The notes: generated from the letters alone by a model not told the origin. 51,717 bases of DNA from Candidatus Blautia avicola (GCA_019120515.1 DWUY01000107.1:1-51717); one strand, 5' to 3'. Positions 18,678 through 29,153 are shown, counted from the first letter of the stretch. Numbers and translations: made by a program.

Positions 18678-20795
18678 ATGAATTACGAAAATCTTAATGA
18701 TGCAAGGAAAATTCAGGAATATGTGACTAATATGAGGCCCACTTTTAATAAACGTGCAGTCTTCAGTGATGAGACGGAAAATTACAGAACCCCGGCGGAA
18801 CCGGAAGCCGGAGACACGGTAAATATCCGCATCCGCACAAAGAAAAATAATGTGGACTTTATTTTTTTAGTATATGATGATGTGAGACAGCCTATGGAGT
18901 GGATGGAGTCTAAGGATGGGTTTGACTATTACGGAACAGATGTAAAACTGGGAAATGAGACCATCCGTTATTATTTTGAGATCATTTCAGGGAAGATCCA
19001 CTGCTATTATAACCAGATAGGCGTTACCAGGGAAATTGATGAGCATTACTGCTTCGGGATCGTGCCGGGATTTAAGACACCGGATTGGGCCAAAGGCGCA
19101 GTTATGTATCAGATCTTTGTGGACAGATTCCGTAACGGGGATCCTTCCAATGATGTGGTTACAGGTGAATATGCCTATATTGATGAACATGTGAAAAAAG
19201 TGGAAGACTGGAACCGTCCTCCCCAGGCTATGGACGTCAGGGATTTCTATGGAGGAGATCTTCAGGGGGTTCTGGATAAACTGGATTATCTCAAGGATCT
19301 GGGAGTAGATGTGATCTATTTTAATCCGCTGTTTGTATCTCCCTCCAATCACAAGTACGACAGTCAGGATTACGATTATATCGATCCTCATTACGGAAAG
19401 ATCATAAAAGACGGAGGAGAGGTCCTGGCAGAAGGTGATAAGGACAATGCTCATGCCACCAAATATATTGAGAGGGTGACAGATAAGGTAAATCTGGAAG
19501 CAAGCAATGCTTTCTTTGTCAGTCTTGTGGAAGAGATCCATAAAAGAGGGATGAAGGTGATCCTGGACGGAGTGTTCAATCACTGCGGATCCTTTAATAA
19601 ATGGCTGGACCGGGAGAAGATCTATGAGAACCAAAACGGATATGAAAAAGGCGCCTATATCTCTCAGGATAGTCCATACCGGACGTTTTTCCGTTTTCAT
19701 AATGAGTATAGCTGGCCTTATAATCAGTTTTATGATGGCTGGTGGGGCCATGATACCCTGCCTAAGCTGAATTATGAGGAATCTCCAAGGCTCTATGATT
19801 ATATTATGAGCATAGCCAGAAAATGGGTGTCCCCTCCATATAATGTGGATGGCTGGCGCCTTGACGTGGCTGCGGATCTGGGTCACAGCAACGAATACAA
19901 TCATCAGTTCTGGAGAGAATTCCGGAGAAATGTGAAAGAAGCCAATCCCGATGCACTGATCCTTGCAGAGCATTACGGGGAGGCTAAATCCTGGCTGGAA
20001 GGGGACCAGTGGGATACAGTGATGAATTACGATGCGTTTATGGAGCCTGTGACCTGGTTCCTTACAGGGATGGAGAAGCACAGTGATGAATTTAACGAGG
20101 GCATGCTGGGAAACAGCGATTGCTTTATCGGTTCTATGAAATATCATATGTCCAGCTTTTATGCGCCCTCTTTAATGACAGCCATGAACGAGCTGTCCAA
20201 CCACGACCATTCCCGTTTCCTTACCAGGACCAACCATAAAGTGGGACGGGTAGAAAATCTGGGAAGTGAAGCAGCCCAACAGGATATCAACAAAGCTGTT
20301 TTCCGGGAAGCGGTAGTGATCCAGATGACCTGGCCGGGAGCGCCTACCATCTATTATGGAGACGAGGCGGGACTGTGCGGATTTACGGATCCGGATAACA
20401 GAAGGACGTATCCCTGGGGGAGGGAAGATCAGGAACTGATCAATTTCCATAAAGACATTATCAGGATCCACAAAGAAAACCGCGAACTGCTGAGAGGCTC
20501 TGTGAAATTTCTGGCCAACGATTACCAGCAGATCAGCTACGGCAGATTTACAGATAAAGAGAAGACGGTGGTAACTATTAATAACAGTGACCAGACCAAG
20601 ATGGTGGAGCTTTCCGTATGGGAGCTGGGGATCCCCAGATCCAGAACCTGCAAATTCAAGCAGCTTATGGTAACGGGAGATTTCGGATACAGCCTGGTAA
20701 AGAAGATCCACGAATGCAAGGCTGGAGTGATCCATCTGGAGGTGCCTTCCCATGGAGCGATCATTGTAAAATGCGTGCTGGATCAGGAACTATAG
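18678..20795 (+). CDS. GH13 alpha-glycosidase (neopullulanase/cyclomaltodextrinase-like)
   Basis: YQIFVDRF, DGVFNH, DGWRLDVA, LAEH, SNHDHSR, IYYGDEAG. Confidence 0.92.
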   Translation: MNYENLNDARKIQEYVTNMRPTFNKRAVFSDETENYRTPAEPEAGDTVNIRIRTKKNNVDFIFLVYDDVRQPMEWMESKDGFDYYGTDVKLGNETIRYYFEIISGKIHCYYNQIGVTREIDEHYCFGIVPGFKTPDWAKGAVMYQIFVDRFRNGDPSNDVVTGEYAYIDEHVKKVEDWNRPPQAMDVRDFYGGDLQGVLDKLDYLKDLGVDVIYFNPLFVSPSNHKYDSQDYDYIDPHYGKIIKDGGEVLAEGDKDNAHATKYIERVTDKVNLEASNAFFVSLVEEIHKRGMKVILDGVFNHCGSFNKWLDREKIYENQNGYEKGAYISQDSPYRTFFRFHNEYSWPYNQFYDGWWGHDTLPKLNYEESPRLYDYIMSIARKWVSPPYNVDGWRLDVAADLGHSNEYNHQFWREFRRNVKEANPDALILAEHYGEAKSWLEGDQWDTVMNYDAFMEPVTWFLTGMEKHSDEFNEGMLGNSDCFIGSMKYHMSSFYAPSLMTAMNELSNHDHSRFLTRTNHKVGRVENLGSEAAQQDINKAVFREAVVIQMTWPGAPTIYYGDEAGLCGFTDPDNRRTYPWGREDQELINFHKDIIRIHKENRELLRGSVKFLANDYQQISYGRFTDKEKTVVTINNSDQTKMVELSVWELGIPRSRTCKFKQLMVTGDFGYSLVKKIHECKAGVIHLEVPSHGAIIVKCVLDQEL

Positions 20796-20901
20796 CGACT
20801 GAAAAAGAATAGGAAAAAGAACGGCGGGAAGCTGTCTCGTTATAGAGAACAGCCCTGCCGGATACTGAAAGGATTTCATACATCTCAATACGAAAAAATG
20901 C

Positions 20902-20929
20902 TTGCATTTTTAGAGGGGTATGCTATAAT
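20902..20929 (+). promoter_or_regulatory. sigmaA promoter of the tRNA pair
   Basis: TTGCAT, 16 bp, TATAAT with an extended TG. Confidence 0.7.
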
Positions 20930-20956
20930 TTTAACTTGTGAGAACAGAAATTATAA

Positions 20957-21038
20957 GGGCGATTTCCCGAGTGGCCAAAGGGGACAGACTGTAAATCTGC
21001 TGGCAAAGCCTTCGGTGGTTCGAATCCACCATCGCCCA
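20957..21038 (+). tRNA. tRNA-Tyr (GTA)
   Basis: Acceptor GGGCGAT/ATCGCCC, anticodon loop CTGTAAA, long variable arm, GTTCGAATCC; CCA not encoded. Confidence 0.96.
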
Positions 21039-21108
21039 TTGTACGAGTAAGTTAAAAGGGACAGTGCTTGGCGCGTATGCCCTTTGCAGTAAACCGAAAG
21101 TACAAAAT

Positions 21109-21195
21109 GCCGCAGTGGCGGAACTGGCAGACGCACAGGACTTAAAATCCTGCGGGACTTATACTCCCGTACCGGTTCAATTCCGGTCTGCGGCA
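21109..21195 (+). tRNA. tRNA-Leu (TAA)
   Basis: GCCGCAG/CTGCGGC acceptor, anticodon loop CTTAAAA, long variable arm, GTTCAATTCC; CCA not encoded. Confidence 0.96.
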
Positions 21196-21201
21196 CTACG
21201 C

Positions 21202-21238
21202 AAAGAGACTAAGACGTTGCGGTTTTAGTCTCTTTTTT
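21202..21238 (+). terminator. Terminator after tRNA-Leu
   Basis: AAAGAGACTAAGAC...GTTTTAGTCTCTTTTTT. Confidence 0.85.
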
Positions 21239-21431
21239 ATTTCGACAAATATCTACATATTTCGCTGTTTTTGTGCTAAAATAATAGGTAATACTGAATT
21301 TAAAAAATATGGTAATGATTGGCAGAATAGACAGTGATTTTGTACGGGGAATCCGGCAATCTGAAAGTGCTGATATTGGGCGGTATACGGGGATTTGCCG
21401 GAGCATTAACAGGAAGGAAGGATAAAGAAAA

Positions 21432-24400
21432 ATGGGGGATAAAAGGCTTCTGCAGGAAGAGGAAGCGGAAGATTATATCGTCAGATGCAGGGAGCGGATG
21501 ACGGAGAAAGACGGGTGCGCAGTATTTCTCATTGAGTTCAATCTTGGCAGGGAGAAAGAACAGATCCGTAAAACGGAAAAATATCGCCGGCTGTTGAAAC
21601 GCACATATACAGTACTTTCTTCAATGTTCCGTGGGTCGGATCTGATCACATGTGTGGAGGACGAAACTTTTTTGGTTTTTATCTGCGGCAGGATCACAGA
21701 AAAAAACGTGTTAGACAAAGCGGACAGTATCTGTGCAAATCTGCAGTTCTCCATGGAAGAAAATCTGCCGCAGCCCTTGACGTTTTCCACTGGCGCATAT
21801 ATGGTTTCCGGCTGTGATTTTACGGTAGAAACTCTGCTAAAACAAGCAAGACAGGCTCTTGAGAAGGCGAAGAGAGAGTGTACTGGAAGCTATTGTGTCA
21901 GAGCCAGCGTGCAGGGAGGAGAAGAACGGGAGACGGTTAATACGTCCCGGATCGTATATTCAGAGCCTCTTGCCGCACTGCTGAATTTCAGCGATCTGGG
22001 AATTTGTTTTCTGGAAGTGAGGGATCGGGATCAGATCAGGGCGACCTATATCAGCCCGGGATTTTACCGAATGGAAGGTATAGAAGCGGAAACAAAACCG
22101 GTTCCATGCCTCTTTGAGGATCTGGGAATCCATCCGGAGATCCAGGAAGAGTATCGTTATATGCTTTTGGAAGCAGCGAAAGGATCCGTGATCACCCATG
22201 TCCACAGAATCTCGGGAGATGGAAAGAATTGGCGATGGAGGCGGGTACAGGCTGTACGGACAGAATTTTCCGATAGCGGCGTGCCGGTGATCCTTGAGAT
22301 TTCCACAGATGTTACGGAGTTGATCGAAACCGAAGAAAAACTTCGGGAGAGTAATGAGCAGTTGTGGATAGCTTTCGGGCAGACACCCAATATTTTTTGG
22401 GAGGTAGATCTTGAAACAAAGGATTTTACGCTCTATACCATGGAAGACGATATCAATACAGGAATTATGAAACACAATGTCTTCACTGCGAATTTTCCTG
22501 AAGGACTGATCGAAAATGGGATGGTCCATCCGGACTCAGCAGATAACTTCCGTAAATTTGCAAGAGGGATCCTGCGGGGGAAAAAAGCGGATACTGGAAA
22601 TTTCATTATGAAAAACCAAAAGGACAGCAACTATGGATGGGTGGCACTTACCTACCGGATGCTCTGGAACCGGAGCGGAATACCGATAAAGGCCATCGGC
22701 ATCAGAGAGCGGATGTCAAGTGTGGTTACCGGCGCCGACTCAATGCTCTACGACAGAAGACCGCTGCCGGAGGCAGTAAGGCACCATCTGATCATCAGAA
22801 TCGGTGTTAATCTTACAGAGGATCGGGTGGAGGAACTCTGGGAGGAAGGAAAAGAATGGCCGGAATTGATCAGAGAATATACCTATTCAGAGCTGTTTAA
22901 GAAGCGGGGGAGCGGAGCCTTTCCTTTCGGGCTGAGCCAGGAGGAGGTATTTCAGGAATTTCAGTCGGAGAAACTGCAGGAGGCATACAAACGGGGAGAA
23001 CGCTGGCAGGTGAAAAAATACCCGGGAATTGATAAGGGAGGCAATATCCGTTGGGTACGGGCAGTGATCAATCTGCAGAGGAAAGAATGGAATAGAGCTC
23101 TGGTGATGTTTCTCTGTGTTTTAGATACCCAGGAACTTCATGAACTGGAAAATGCATATGAGGGAAATATCGATTATGATGAAACCGGACAGATCTATAC
23201 GATGGATACCTTTTGTCATCTGACCAATATTCTTCTTGACAGGAGTTCTGATCAGTTTTGTGCCATGGCTCTGATCCATGTCAGCGGAGGGGTGGAACAG
23301 ATGGACGGCCCGGAGGTTTCTCCGGGAAAAAGAGTACGGGATTTCATAGAGATAGCATTTTTGTTTGCCCTTGGTTCCGACTGTCTGGTAGGACACTACA
23401 GTGATGACAGGATCCTGGTGTTTTTTTCAACCACGGGTAACCGTTTTGATATTAAACGCCGGCTGGAAGACGCATTTATTTATGTCCGGACCAGTACTGG
23501 AGATATTTCGGGTATGGAAAATCTGCGTTTTATCGCTGGAGTTACAGTGGAGACTTCGGAACAGGCAGATTTGGACAAGATGCTGCACCAGGTTTCCAGT
23601 CTGTGCAATGTATGGAGAAATGCATCTATGGATGCAGTGGTCTTTTCAGATGAATACGGAAATCTCGACTGGGACGATGGAAGGGATGCGGATATTACGC
23701 TGGCCTCAGAGGAAAAACTTTCCCTGAGTGATGAAATAGAGGAACATAAGGCGGCGTTCCGGTGTACAGCAGCTATGCTGAAAAGTGAGACGCTGGAGAT
23801 GTCTTTGCGGAACGCCTTGGAGGTGATCGGAAAATATTACTGCGCAGACCGGACTTACGAACTGCTGCTGTCAGAGGAAGAGGATCGCAGGGAGGTCGGC
23901 ATGGTTTACGAGTGGATGGCCCAGGGGAAGCCCAGCATCCGACAGTCGGTCCTGCGGCTGAAAGTGGATAGGATCCCTGTATTGCAGCGATGTATGCAGA
24001 AAAGATCGGCAGTTTTTGTGGAGCGGCCGCCGGAGTCCGACAGAGAGCACAAATGGGATTTCATGGCGTATCCGCTTTTGAAAGATGGACAGATCCAGGG
24101 ATTTCTCTGTGTAGAAAATGCCCATATACATATTAGAGAAAGCGGTCTGCTGGACCTGGTGGCGCCGTATCTGCAAAAGGAACCGGAACGGTATAGGCGG
24201 AAAAAGTATAGGATCGACGGTATTTCTAAGGATATCCTGAGCAGTCTTCCCAACAGAAAAGATTTTGAAGAGATGGTCTACACGCTGAATCTGGACAGGA
24301 AAAGCACTATGGGGGCCCTTACGGTTGACGTACCGGAACTGTCTGAACTGGACAACACTCGGGGATTTGCTTATGGGAAAGAGATCCTGCTGAATATTGT

Positions 24401-25445
24401 AGAAGCCCTGGACACCACTTTCGGTATTTCTAAAGTATTCCGGACTGGAGACAATGAGTTTGCCGTACTGTTTCCGAATATCATTTATGAAATTTTTTCC
24501 GCCCGGTGCATCCGGATGAGGGCGCTGCTGCAGAAAAAATATCCTGGATATATCCGGGTGGGATATACCTGGGCGAAAGGCGTCTTTTCGGCAGAAAAAC
24601 TGGTGGAGGAAGCCCGCTCTCTTATGAACAGCGAGGTATCTGAAAATCAGAAATCCCTCCGGAAGGATAGTCTGGCGGAAAATCTGAGCGGCTCCCGGGG
24701 CATGGAATCTGTTCCGGTGGTGCGTTATGTGCCCTATTTCCAGCCGAAAATAGATATGCGGGATGGCAGGCTGGTTGGGGCAGAGGCCCTGGTCAGAGGA
24801 ATCGATAAGAAAGGAAACATAATCAAGCCGGGAAGATTTATCGAAATCCTGGAGGAGAACGGGAAAATCCGGGAGCTTGATTTCTTTATGCTGGAGAGTG
24901 TGTTAAAACAACTGTCTCAATGGCACAAAAAGGGCTATGACAAGATCACAGTGTCTGTGAATATTTCCCGTCGGACGCTGTTCAACCCTACGGCACTTGC
25001 GTCTATCCTGGCAATCCAGAGCCATTATCCGGAGATCCCTTCCGAGCAGTTGGAGCTGGAGATCACAGAGACTGCCGGAAATATAGAGTTTGCCACCATG
25101 GCGGATGTGGTAGATAGGTTCCGGAAATTCGGCATCCGGTTTGAATTAGATGATTTTGGCTCCCGTTATGCAAACCTTGCGGTTTTCAGTAATGTAAAAT
25201 TTCGGACGATCAAGCTGGACAGAAGCCTGATCAACGATCTTCAGAGCAACGATATCAGCAGAATGCTGGTAGAAAATATCACAGGCATCTGCAAGAATTT
25301 TGATATGTACTGTGTGGCCGAGGGAGTAGAGAACAGGGAACAGGTCGATATTTTACTCCGGATGGGCTGTGTTTATGGGCAGGGATATTATTATTCCAAG
25401 CCGATACCCGCTCAGGAGTTTGAAGAGAAGTTTTTCGCCAGGTAG
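21432..25445 (+). CDS. Multidomain EAL phosphodiesterase with three degenerate GGDEF domains and PAS/GAF-like sensors
   Basis: EAL motifs GAEALVR, VNIS, ELEITE, LDDFG, KLDRS, VAEGVE, QGYYYSKP. GGDEF positions read VEDET, YSDDR and TGDNE. Confidence 0.85.
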   Translation: MGDKRLLQEEEAEDYIVRCRERMTEKDGCAVFLIEFNLGREKEQIRKTEKYRRLLKRTYTVLSSMFRGSDLITCVEDETFLVFICGRITEKNVLDKADSICANLQFSMEENLPQPLTFSTGAYMVSGCDFTVETLLKQARQALEKAKRECTGSYCVRASVQGGEERETVNTSRIVYSEPLAALLNFSDLGICFLEVRDRDQIRATYISPGFYRMEGIEAETKPVPCLFEDLGIHPEIQEEYRYMLLEAAKGSVITHVHRISGDGKNWRWRRVQAVRTEFSDSGVPVILEISTDVTELIETEEKLRESNEQLWIAFGQTPNIFWEVDLETKDFTLYTMEDDINTGIMKHNVFTANFPEGLIENGMVHPDSADNFRKFARGILRGKKADTGNFIMKNQKDSNYGWVALTYRMLWNRSGIPIKAIGIRERMSSVVTGADSMLYDRRPLPEAVRHHLIIRIGVNLTEDRVEELWEEGKEWPELIREYTYSELFKKRGSGAFPFGLSQEEVFQEFQSEKLQEAYKRGERWQVKKYPGIDKGGNIRWVRAVINLQRKEWNRALVMFLCVLDTQELHELENAYEGNIDYDETGQIYTMDTFCHLTNILLDRSSDQFCAMALIHVSGGVEQMDGPEVSPGKRVRDFIEIAFLFALGSDCLVGHYSDDRILVFFSTTGNRFDIKRRLEDAFIYVRTSTGDISGMENLRFIAGVTVETSEQADLDKMLHQVSSLCNVWRNASMDAVVFSDEYGNLDWDDGRDADITLASEEKLSLSDEIEEHKAAFRCTAAMLKSETLEMSLRNALEVIGKYYCADRTYELLLSEEEDRREVGMVYEWMAQGKPSIRQSVLRLKVDRIPVLQRCMQKRSAVFVERPPESDREHKWDFMAYPLLKDGQIQGFLCVENAHIHIRESGLLDLVAPYLQKEPERYRRKKYRIDGISKDILSSLPNRKDFEEMVYTLNLDRKSTMGALTVDVPELSELDNTRGFAYGKEILLNIVEALDTTFGISKVFRTGDNEFAVLFPNIIYEIFSARCIRMRALLQKKYPGYIRVGYTWAKGVFSAEKLVEEARSLMNSEVSENQKSLRKDSLAENLSGSRGMESVPVVRYVPYFQPKIDMRDGRLVGAEALVRGIDKKGNIIKPGRFIEILEENGKIRELDFFMLESVLKQLSQWHKKGYDKITVSVNISRRTLFNPTALASILAIQSHYPEIPSEQLELEITETAGNIEFATMADVVDRFRKFGIRFELDDFGSRYANLAVFSNVKFRTIKLDRSLINDLQSNDISRMLVENITGICKNFDMYCVAEGVENREQVDILLRMGCVYGQGYYYSKPIPAQEFEEKFFAR

Positions 25446-25540
25446 GAAAAGCAGACAAGTTCTTACTTATTACTGTAAAGAAAAGATGCGGTTGGATCTG
25501 CCCGACCGTTCGGTGAAAGAACAGGAAGGAGACGTTTTCA

Positions 25541-28081
25541 ATGACGAAAGAAAAGAAAATAGATGCTATGCGCCCGGTAAAAGGAGGAAAAAAGGGCGAA
25601 CCGTTTGTTATCGGAATCGGAGCCTCTGCCGGCGGCCTGGAGGCCTTGCAGCAGTTCTTCAGAAATATGCCGGGAAACAGCGGTCTCAGCTTCGTGGTGG
25701 TCCAGCATCTTTCTCCGGATTATAAGAGCCTGATGGCGGATATACTGGGAAAGCATACGGAAATGCGGGTGATACAGGTGGAAAACGGCATGGAGATCGA
25801 GCCGGATACCGTTTATCTGATCCCGCCGAAACATAATATGACTATAGAAAATGGACGGCTGCTGCTCCAGGATGTGGAAGTGGGAAAACTGAATCATCCT
25901 ATAGACAGATTTTTCGCCTCCTTGGCAAAGGAAAAGAAGGATAAGGCCATTGCCGTAGTTCTGTCCGGTACGGGCTCCGATGGTACAAGCGGTATTAAGA
26001 TCATTAAGGAAAACGGCGGTCTTGTGATCGTACAGCAGCCGGAGACTGCGAAATTTGACGGTATGCCCCGAAGCGTGATCAATACCGGGCTTGCAGATTT
26101 CGTTCTCTCGCCAGAGGAGATAGTAGAGGAGATCCTGAATTTTTCAAGCAATCCAATGATCACGAAGCTTCATGAAAAAGAGGTCCTTTTCTCTGATGAC
26201 GAGACCTTTGCAAGGATTTATACGAACTTGAAAAAGTCAAGCGGTATAGATTTTACCAATTATAAAAGGACGACGATCCTGCGGCGGCTGGAGAGAAGAA
26301 TGGTGGTGACCCACTGCGGCAGTCTTTCTGAATATGTGGATTTCCTGGAAAGTAATGAAGAGGAGCGCAATACTCTGGCTAAGGAAATCCTGATCGGTGT
26401 TACCAGCTTTTTCCGGGATGGAAATTATTTTGAAAAACTGAAGCAGAATGCTGTGTATCCCCTTGTAAAAAACACCGATAAAAACGAGGCTATCCGTGTA
26501 TGGAGCGCCGGATGTTCCACCGGCGAGGAGGCGTATTCCCTTGCTATTTTGTTCAGTGAAGTCATGGAAGAGACAGGAATCACACGTGATGTGAAGATTT
26601 TTGCTACAGATGTAGATACCCGGGCCATCGAACAGGCAGGAAAGGGAGTCTTTACGGAGAGTATCCTGGAGGATGTTTCTCCAGAGCGGCTGTCCAGATA
26701 TTTTACAAAGAAGAATGAACAGTATGTTGTATCCAAGGAGATCCGCCGGATGATCATTTTCGCTCCCCACAATATGCTGTCGGACCCGCCTTTTGGGCGG
26801 CTGGATCTGATCAGCTGCAGGAATGTGATGATTTATTTCCAGCCGGTGCTTCAGAAGACACTGATCGCCATCTTTCATTCTGCGCTGAAGCAGGGCGGAT
26901 ATCTCTTTCTGGGAAAAAGTGAAACTGCCGGGGAATATGGAAATATCTTCCAGCCAGTATGCAGCGCTGAGAAGATCTATATTCATAATGGAGAAGGAAA
27001 ATTGGAGGATATCAGTCCCTCGACCTTCCATATCCCCAATGTCCATACGATTTCTCCCCAGACTGGAAGCTCATCGGGCCGGGAAAGCGCAACTTACGAA
27101 CTGGAAAGTACATATATCCATTACCTGGAACAGTTTATGCCGGCTTCTGTTGTGCTCAATGAGGCAGATAATGTGATCCATTTCTTTGGAAACTATCAGG
27201 ATTATTTGACCATTGCTCCGGGGAAGGCCACGTTTAACCTTTTCGCGATGCTGATCGGAGATCTGAGCCTTGCAGCTTCTACTGCGCTGAACCGCTGCCG
27301 TCTGGAGCATGTGCCGGTAACCTATGAGGGGATCGCCGTGGACACCCGGAACGGGCGGAAGGCCGTAGATCTGACCATTGCGCCGGTAATGGGAAAAGAC
27401 AATACCGATACGGGCCTTGTGGCCGTTTTATTCTGGGAGAAAAAGGCTACGGTGGTTAAGGGGATCACAGAGAAATATGACGTAGACACCACTGCTGCCC
27501 GGAGGATCCAGGATCTGGAGCAGGAGCTTCATGAATCACGGGATGATCTAAAGGCTACGATCGGAGAACTGGAAACGGTCAATGAGGAACTGCAGGCGGC
27601 TAATGAAGAGCTTCTGACAGCCAATGAGGAACTGCAAAGTTCTAACGAGGAACTGCAGTCCGTCAACGAAGAGCTGTATACGGTCAATACGGAATACCAG
27701 CAGAAGCTTGACGAGCTGACTATGCTGACGAATGACCTTTCCAATTTCCTGTCATCGACAATGATCGGAATCCTCTTTGTAGATGGAAATCTGAATATAC
27801 GGAAGTTTACCGAGTATGTAGGACGGGAATTTCAGTTGATGGAACATGATGTGGGACGATCGCTGCAGATCTTTGCACATAGTTTCCCCCATGAAGATAT
27901 CATCAAAGATGCCCAGGAAGTGTTAAAGAGCCTGATGCCTATCGACCGGGAAGTTGTTGCTATGAATGGACGCTATTATACGCTGCGTATCGCGCCGTAC
28001 CGTACAACAGAAAATAATATCCGGGGATTAGTCATAACGATCATAGATTCACTGGGAACGGCAGAGAAAACGCAGGAATGA
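25541..28081 (+). CDS. CheB methylesterase - CheR methyltransferase fusion with coiled coil and PAS domains
   Basis: CheB motifs GASAGG, QHL, SGTGSDG; CheR motifs VTSFFRD, WSAGCSTGEEAYS, ATDVD, CRNVMIYF; NEEL heptads. Confidence 0.92.
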   Translation: MTKEKKIDAMRPVKGGKKGEPFVIGIGASAGGLEALQQFFRNMPGNSGLSFVVVQHLSPDYKSLMADILGKHTEMRVIQVENGMEIEPDTVYLIPPKHNMTIENGRLLLQDVEVGKLNHPIDRFFASLAKEKKDKAIAVVLSGTGSDGTSGIKIIKENGGLVIVQQPETAKFDGMPRSVINTGLADFVLSPEEIVEEILNFSSNPMITKLHEKEVLFSDDETFARIYTNLKKSSGIDFTNYKRTTILRRLERRMVVTHCGSLSEYVDFLESNEEERNTLAKEILIGVTSFFRDGNYFEKLKQNAVYPLVKNTDKNEAIRVWSAGCSTGEEAYSLAILFSEVMEETGITRDVKIFATDVDTRAIEQAGKGVFTESILEDVSPERLSRYFTKKNEQYVVSKEIRRMIIFAPHNMLSDPPFGRLDLISCRNVMIYFQPVLQKTLIAIFHSALKQGGYLFLGKSETAGEYGNIFQPVCSAEKIYIHNGEGKLEDISPSTFHIPNVHTISPQTGSSSGRESATYELESTYIHYLEQFMPASVVLNEADNVIHFFGNYQDYLTIAPGKATFNLFAMLIGDLSLAASTALNRCRLEHVPVTYEGIAVDTRNGRKAVDLTIAPVMGKDNTDTGLVAVLFWEKKATVVKGITEKYDVDTTAARRIQDLEQELHESRDDLKATIGELETVNEELQAANEELLTANEELQSSNEELQSVNEELYTVNTEYQQKLDELTMLTNDLSNFLSSTMIGILFVDGNLNIRKFTEYVGREFQLMEHDVGRSLQIFAHSFPHEDIIKDAQEVLKSLMPIDREVVAMNGRYYTLRIAPYRTTENNIRGLVITIIDSLGTAEKTQE
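27581..27685 (+). repeat. Five 21-bp coding repeats (NEELxxx heptads)
   Basis: AAYGARGARCT... units start at 27581, 27602, 27623, 27644 and 27665. Confidence 0.85.
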
Positions 28082-28174
28082 CTGAACGGCTGCCAGCATG
28101 CGCAGGCCGGGAAATGACAAGGTTTTTGCAGATCTAATAGCTGAAATAAGAAGTAAGATAAGGACGGATGAAAG

Positions 28175-29071
28175 ATGAAATTTGGCATTGTCAGTGACAG
28201 TTCCTGTGATTTATCGTCTCAATATACAGAGCAGGAGCAGGTCACTATCGTATCATTTTATGTATCCTTTGACGGGGAAAAATATCTGAGAGAGGGAAAA
28301 GATATCGCGGTCTCTGATTTTTACCAGGAGATGGCGGATAACCAGGGGTGCTACCCTAAGACTTCCATGCCGTCGGTTCAGGATTATATAGATGCTTTTC
28401 TGCCTTTTGTGAAAAAAGGAATGCCGGTGCTGTGTATCTGCCTGACGAAGAAATTCAGCGGTTCTATGCAGTCTGCCATAAATGCCAAGGAAGAGCTTTT
28501 GGAAGACTATCCGCAGGCCCAGATCTATGTGATGGATTCCCAGGTGGTCACAGCCATACAGGGGCTTTTTGTACAGGAAGCAGTGAGGATCCGGAATATG
28601 GGAGCTTCTTTGAAAGAGGCAGTGGAGGCTCTGGAAAAGATCCGAAATACAGGCCATATCTTTTTTACGACAAAAGACCTGAAATATCTGGAACATGGGG
28701 GACGGATCGGAAAGGCGGCTTCTCTGGCGGGGAGCGTTCTGAATATCAAGCCGCTTCTCCAGTATTATGACGGAGAACTGGGGCCTACAGAACTGTGCAG
28801 GGGCCGGAAAAAGTCGCTCCTGAAAGTCGTTGACATGTTTATGGAGTATCTGGAAAAGAAGAAGATCGATCTTGAGGAATATCTGCTGGTCACCGGCGTG
28901 GGACTGGATGTGCCGGAGTATAAGACTTTTAAAGACTATCTGAAAGGAAAACTGATGGAGAAAGGGTATCCGGTAAAAGAATGGCTCCAGATCCAGATCG
29001 GCGCCACCATCGGGGTGCATACGGGCCCCTATCCCATTGGAGTGGGGATCCTTAAAAAAGCGGAGATTTAG
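28175..29071 (+). CDS. DegV/FakB family fatty-acid-binding protein
   Basis: IVSDSSCDL, PKTSMPS, SGSMQSA, YLEHGGRIG, TIGVHTGP. Confidence 0.92.
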   Translation: MKFGIVSDSSCDLSSQYTEQEQVTIVSFYVSFDGEKYLREGKDIAVSDFYQEMADNQGCYPKTSMPSVQDYIDAFLPFVKKGMPVLCICLTKKFSGSMQSAINAKEELLEDYPQAQIYVMDSQVVTAIQGLFVQEAVRIRNMGASLKEAVEALEKIRNTGHIFFTTKDLKYLEHGGRIGKAASLAGSVLNIKPLLQYYDGELGPTELCRGRKKSLLKVVDMFMEYLEKKKIDLEEYLLVTGVGLDVPEYKTFKDYLKGKLMEKGYPVKEWLQIQIGATIGVHTGPYPIGVGILKKAEI

Positions 29072-29078
29072 ATCCGGA

Positions 29079-29141
29079 AATAAAAAATGCTGTATTTCAT
29101 TGCCTGGTTTTCTGAGACTTTGAAACACAGCATTTTTTATT
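29079..29141. terminator. Bidirectional terminator
   Basis: AATAAAAAATGCTGTATTTCA...TGAAACACAGCATTTTTTATT between convergent genes. Confidence 0.75.
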
Positions 29142-29153
29142 CCGCGGCAGATC

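Noticed and set aside
14542-20147. Long antisense ORFs (14542-15681, 17088-18146, 18987-20147)
   Set aside because: Shadows of tilS, ftsH and the GH13 gene with no recognisable motifs.
21196-28174. tRNA-Leu-anchored integrative island around the EAL and CheB-CheR genes
   Set aside because: No integrase and no direct repeat of the tRNA 3' end. A loose inverted resemblance near 28099-28113 is too weak.
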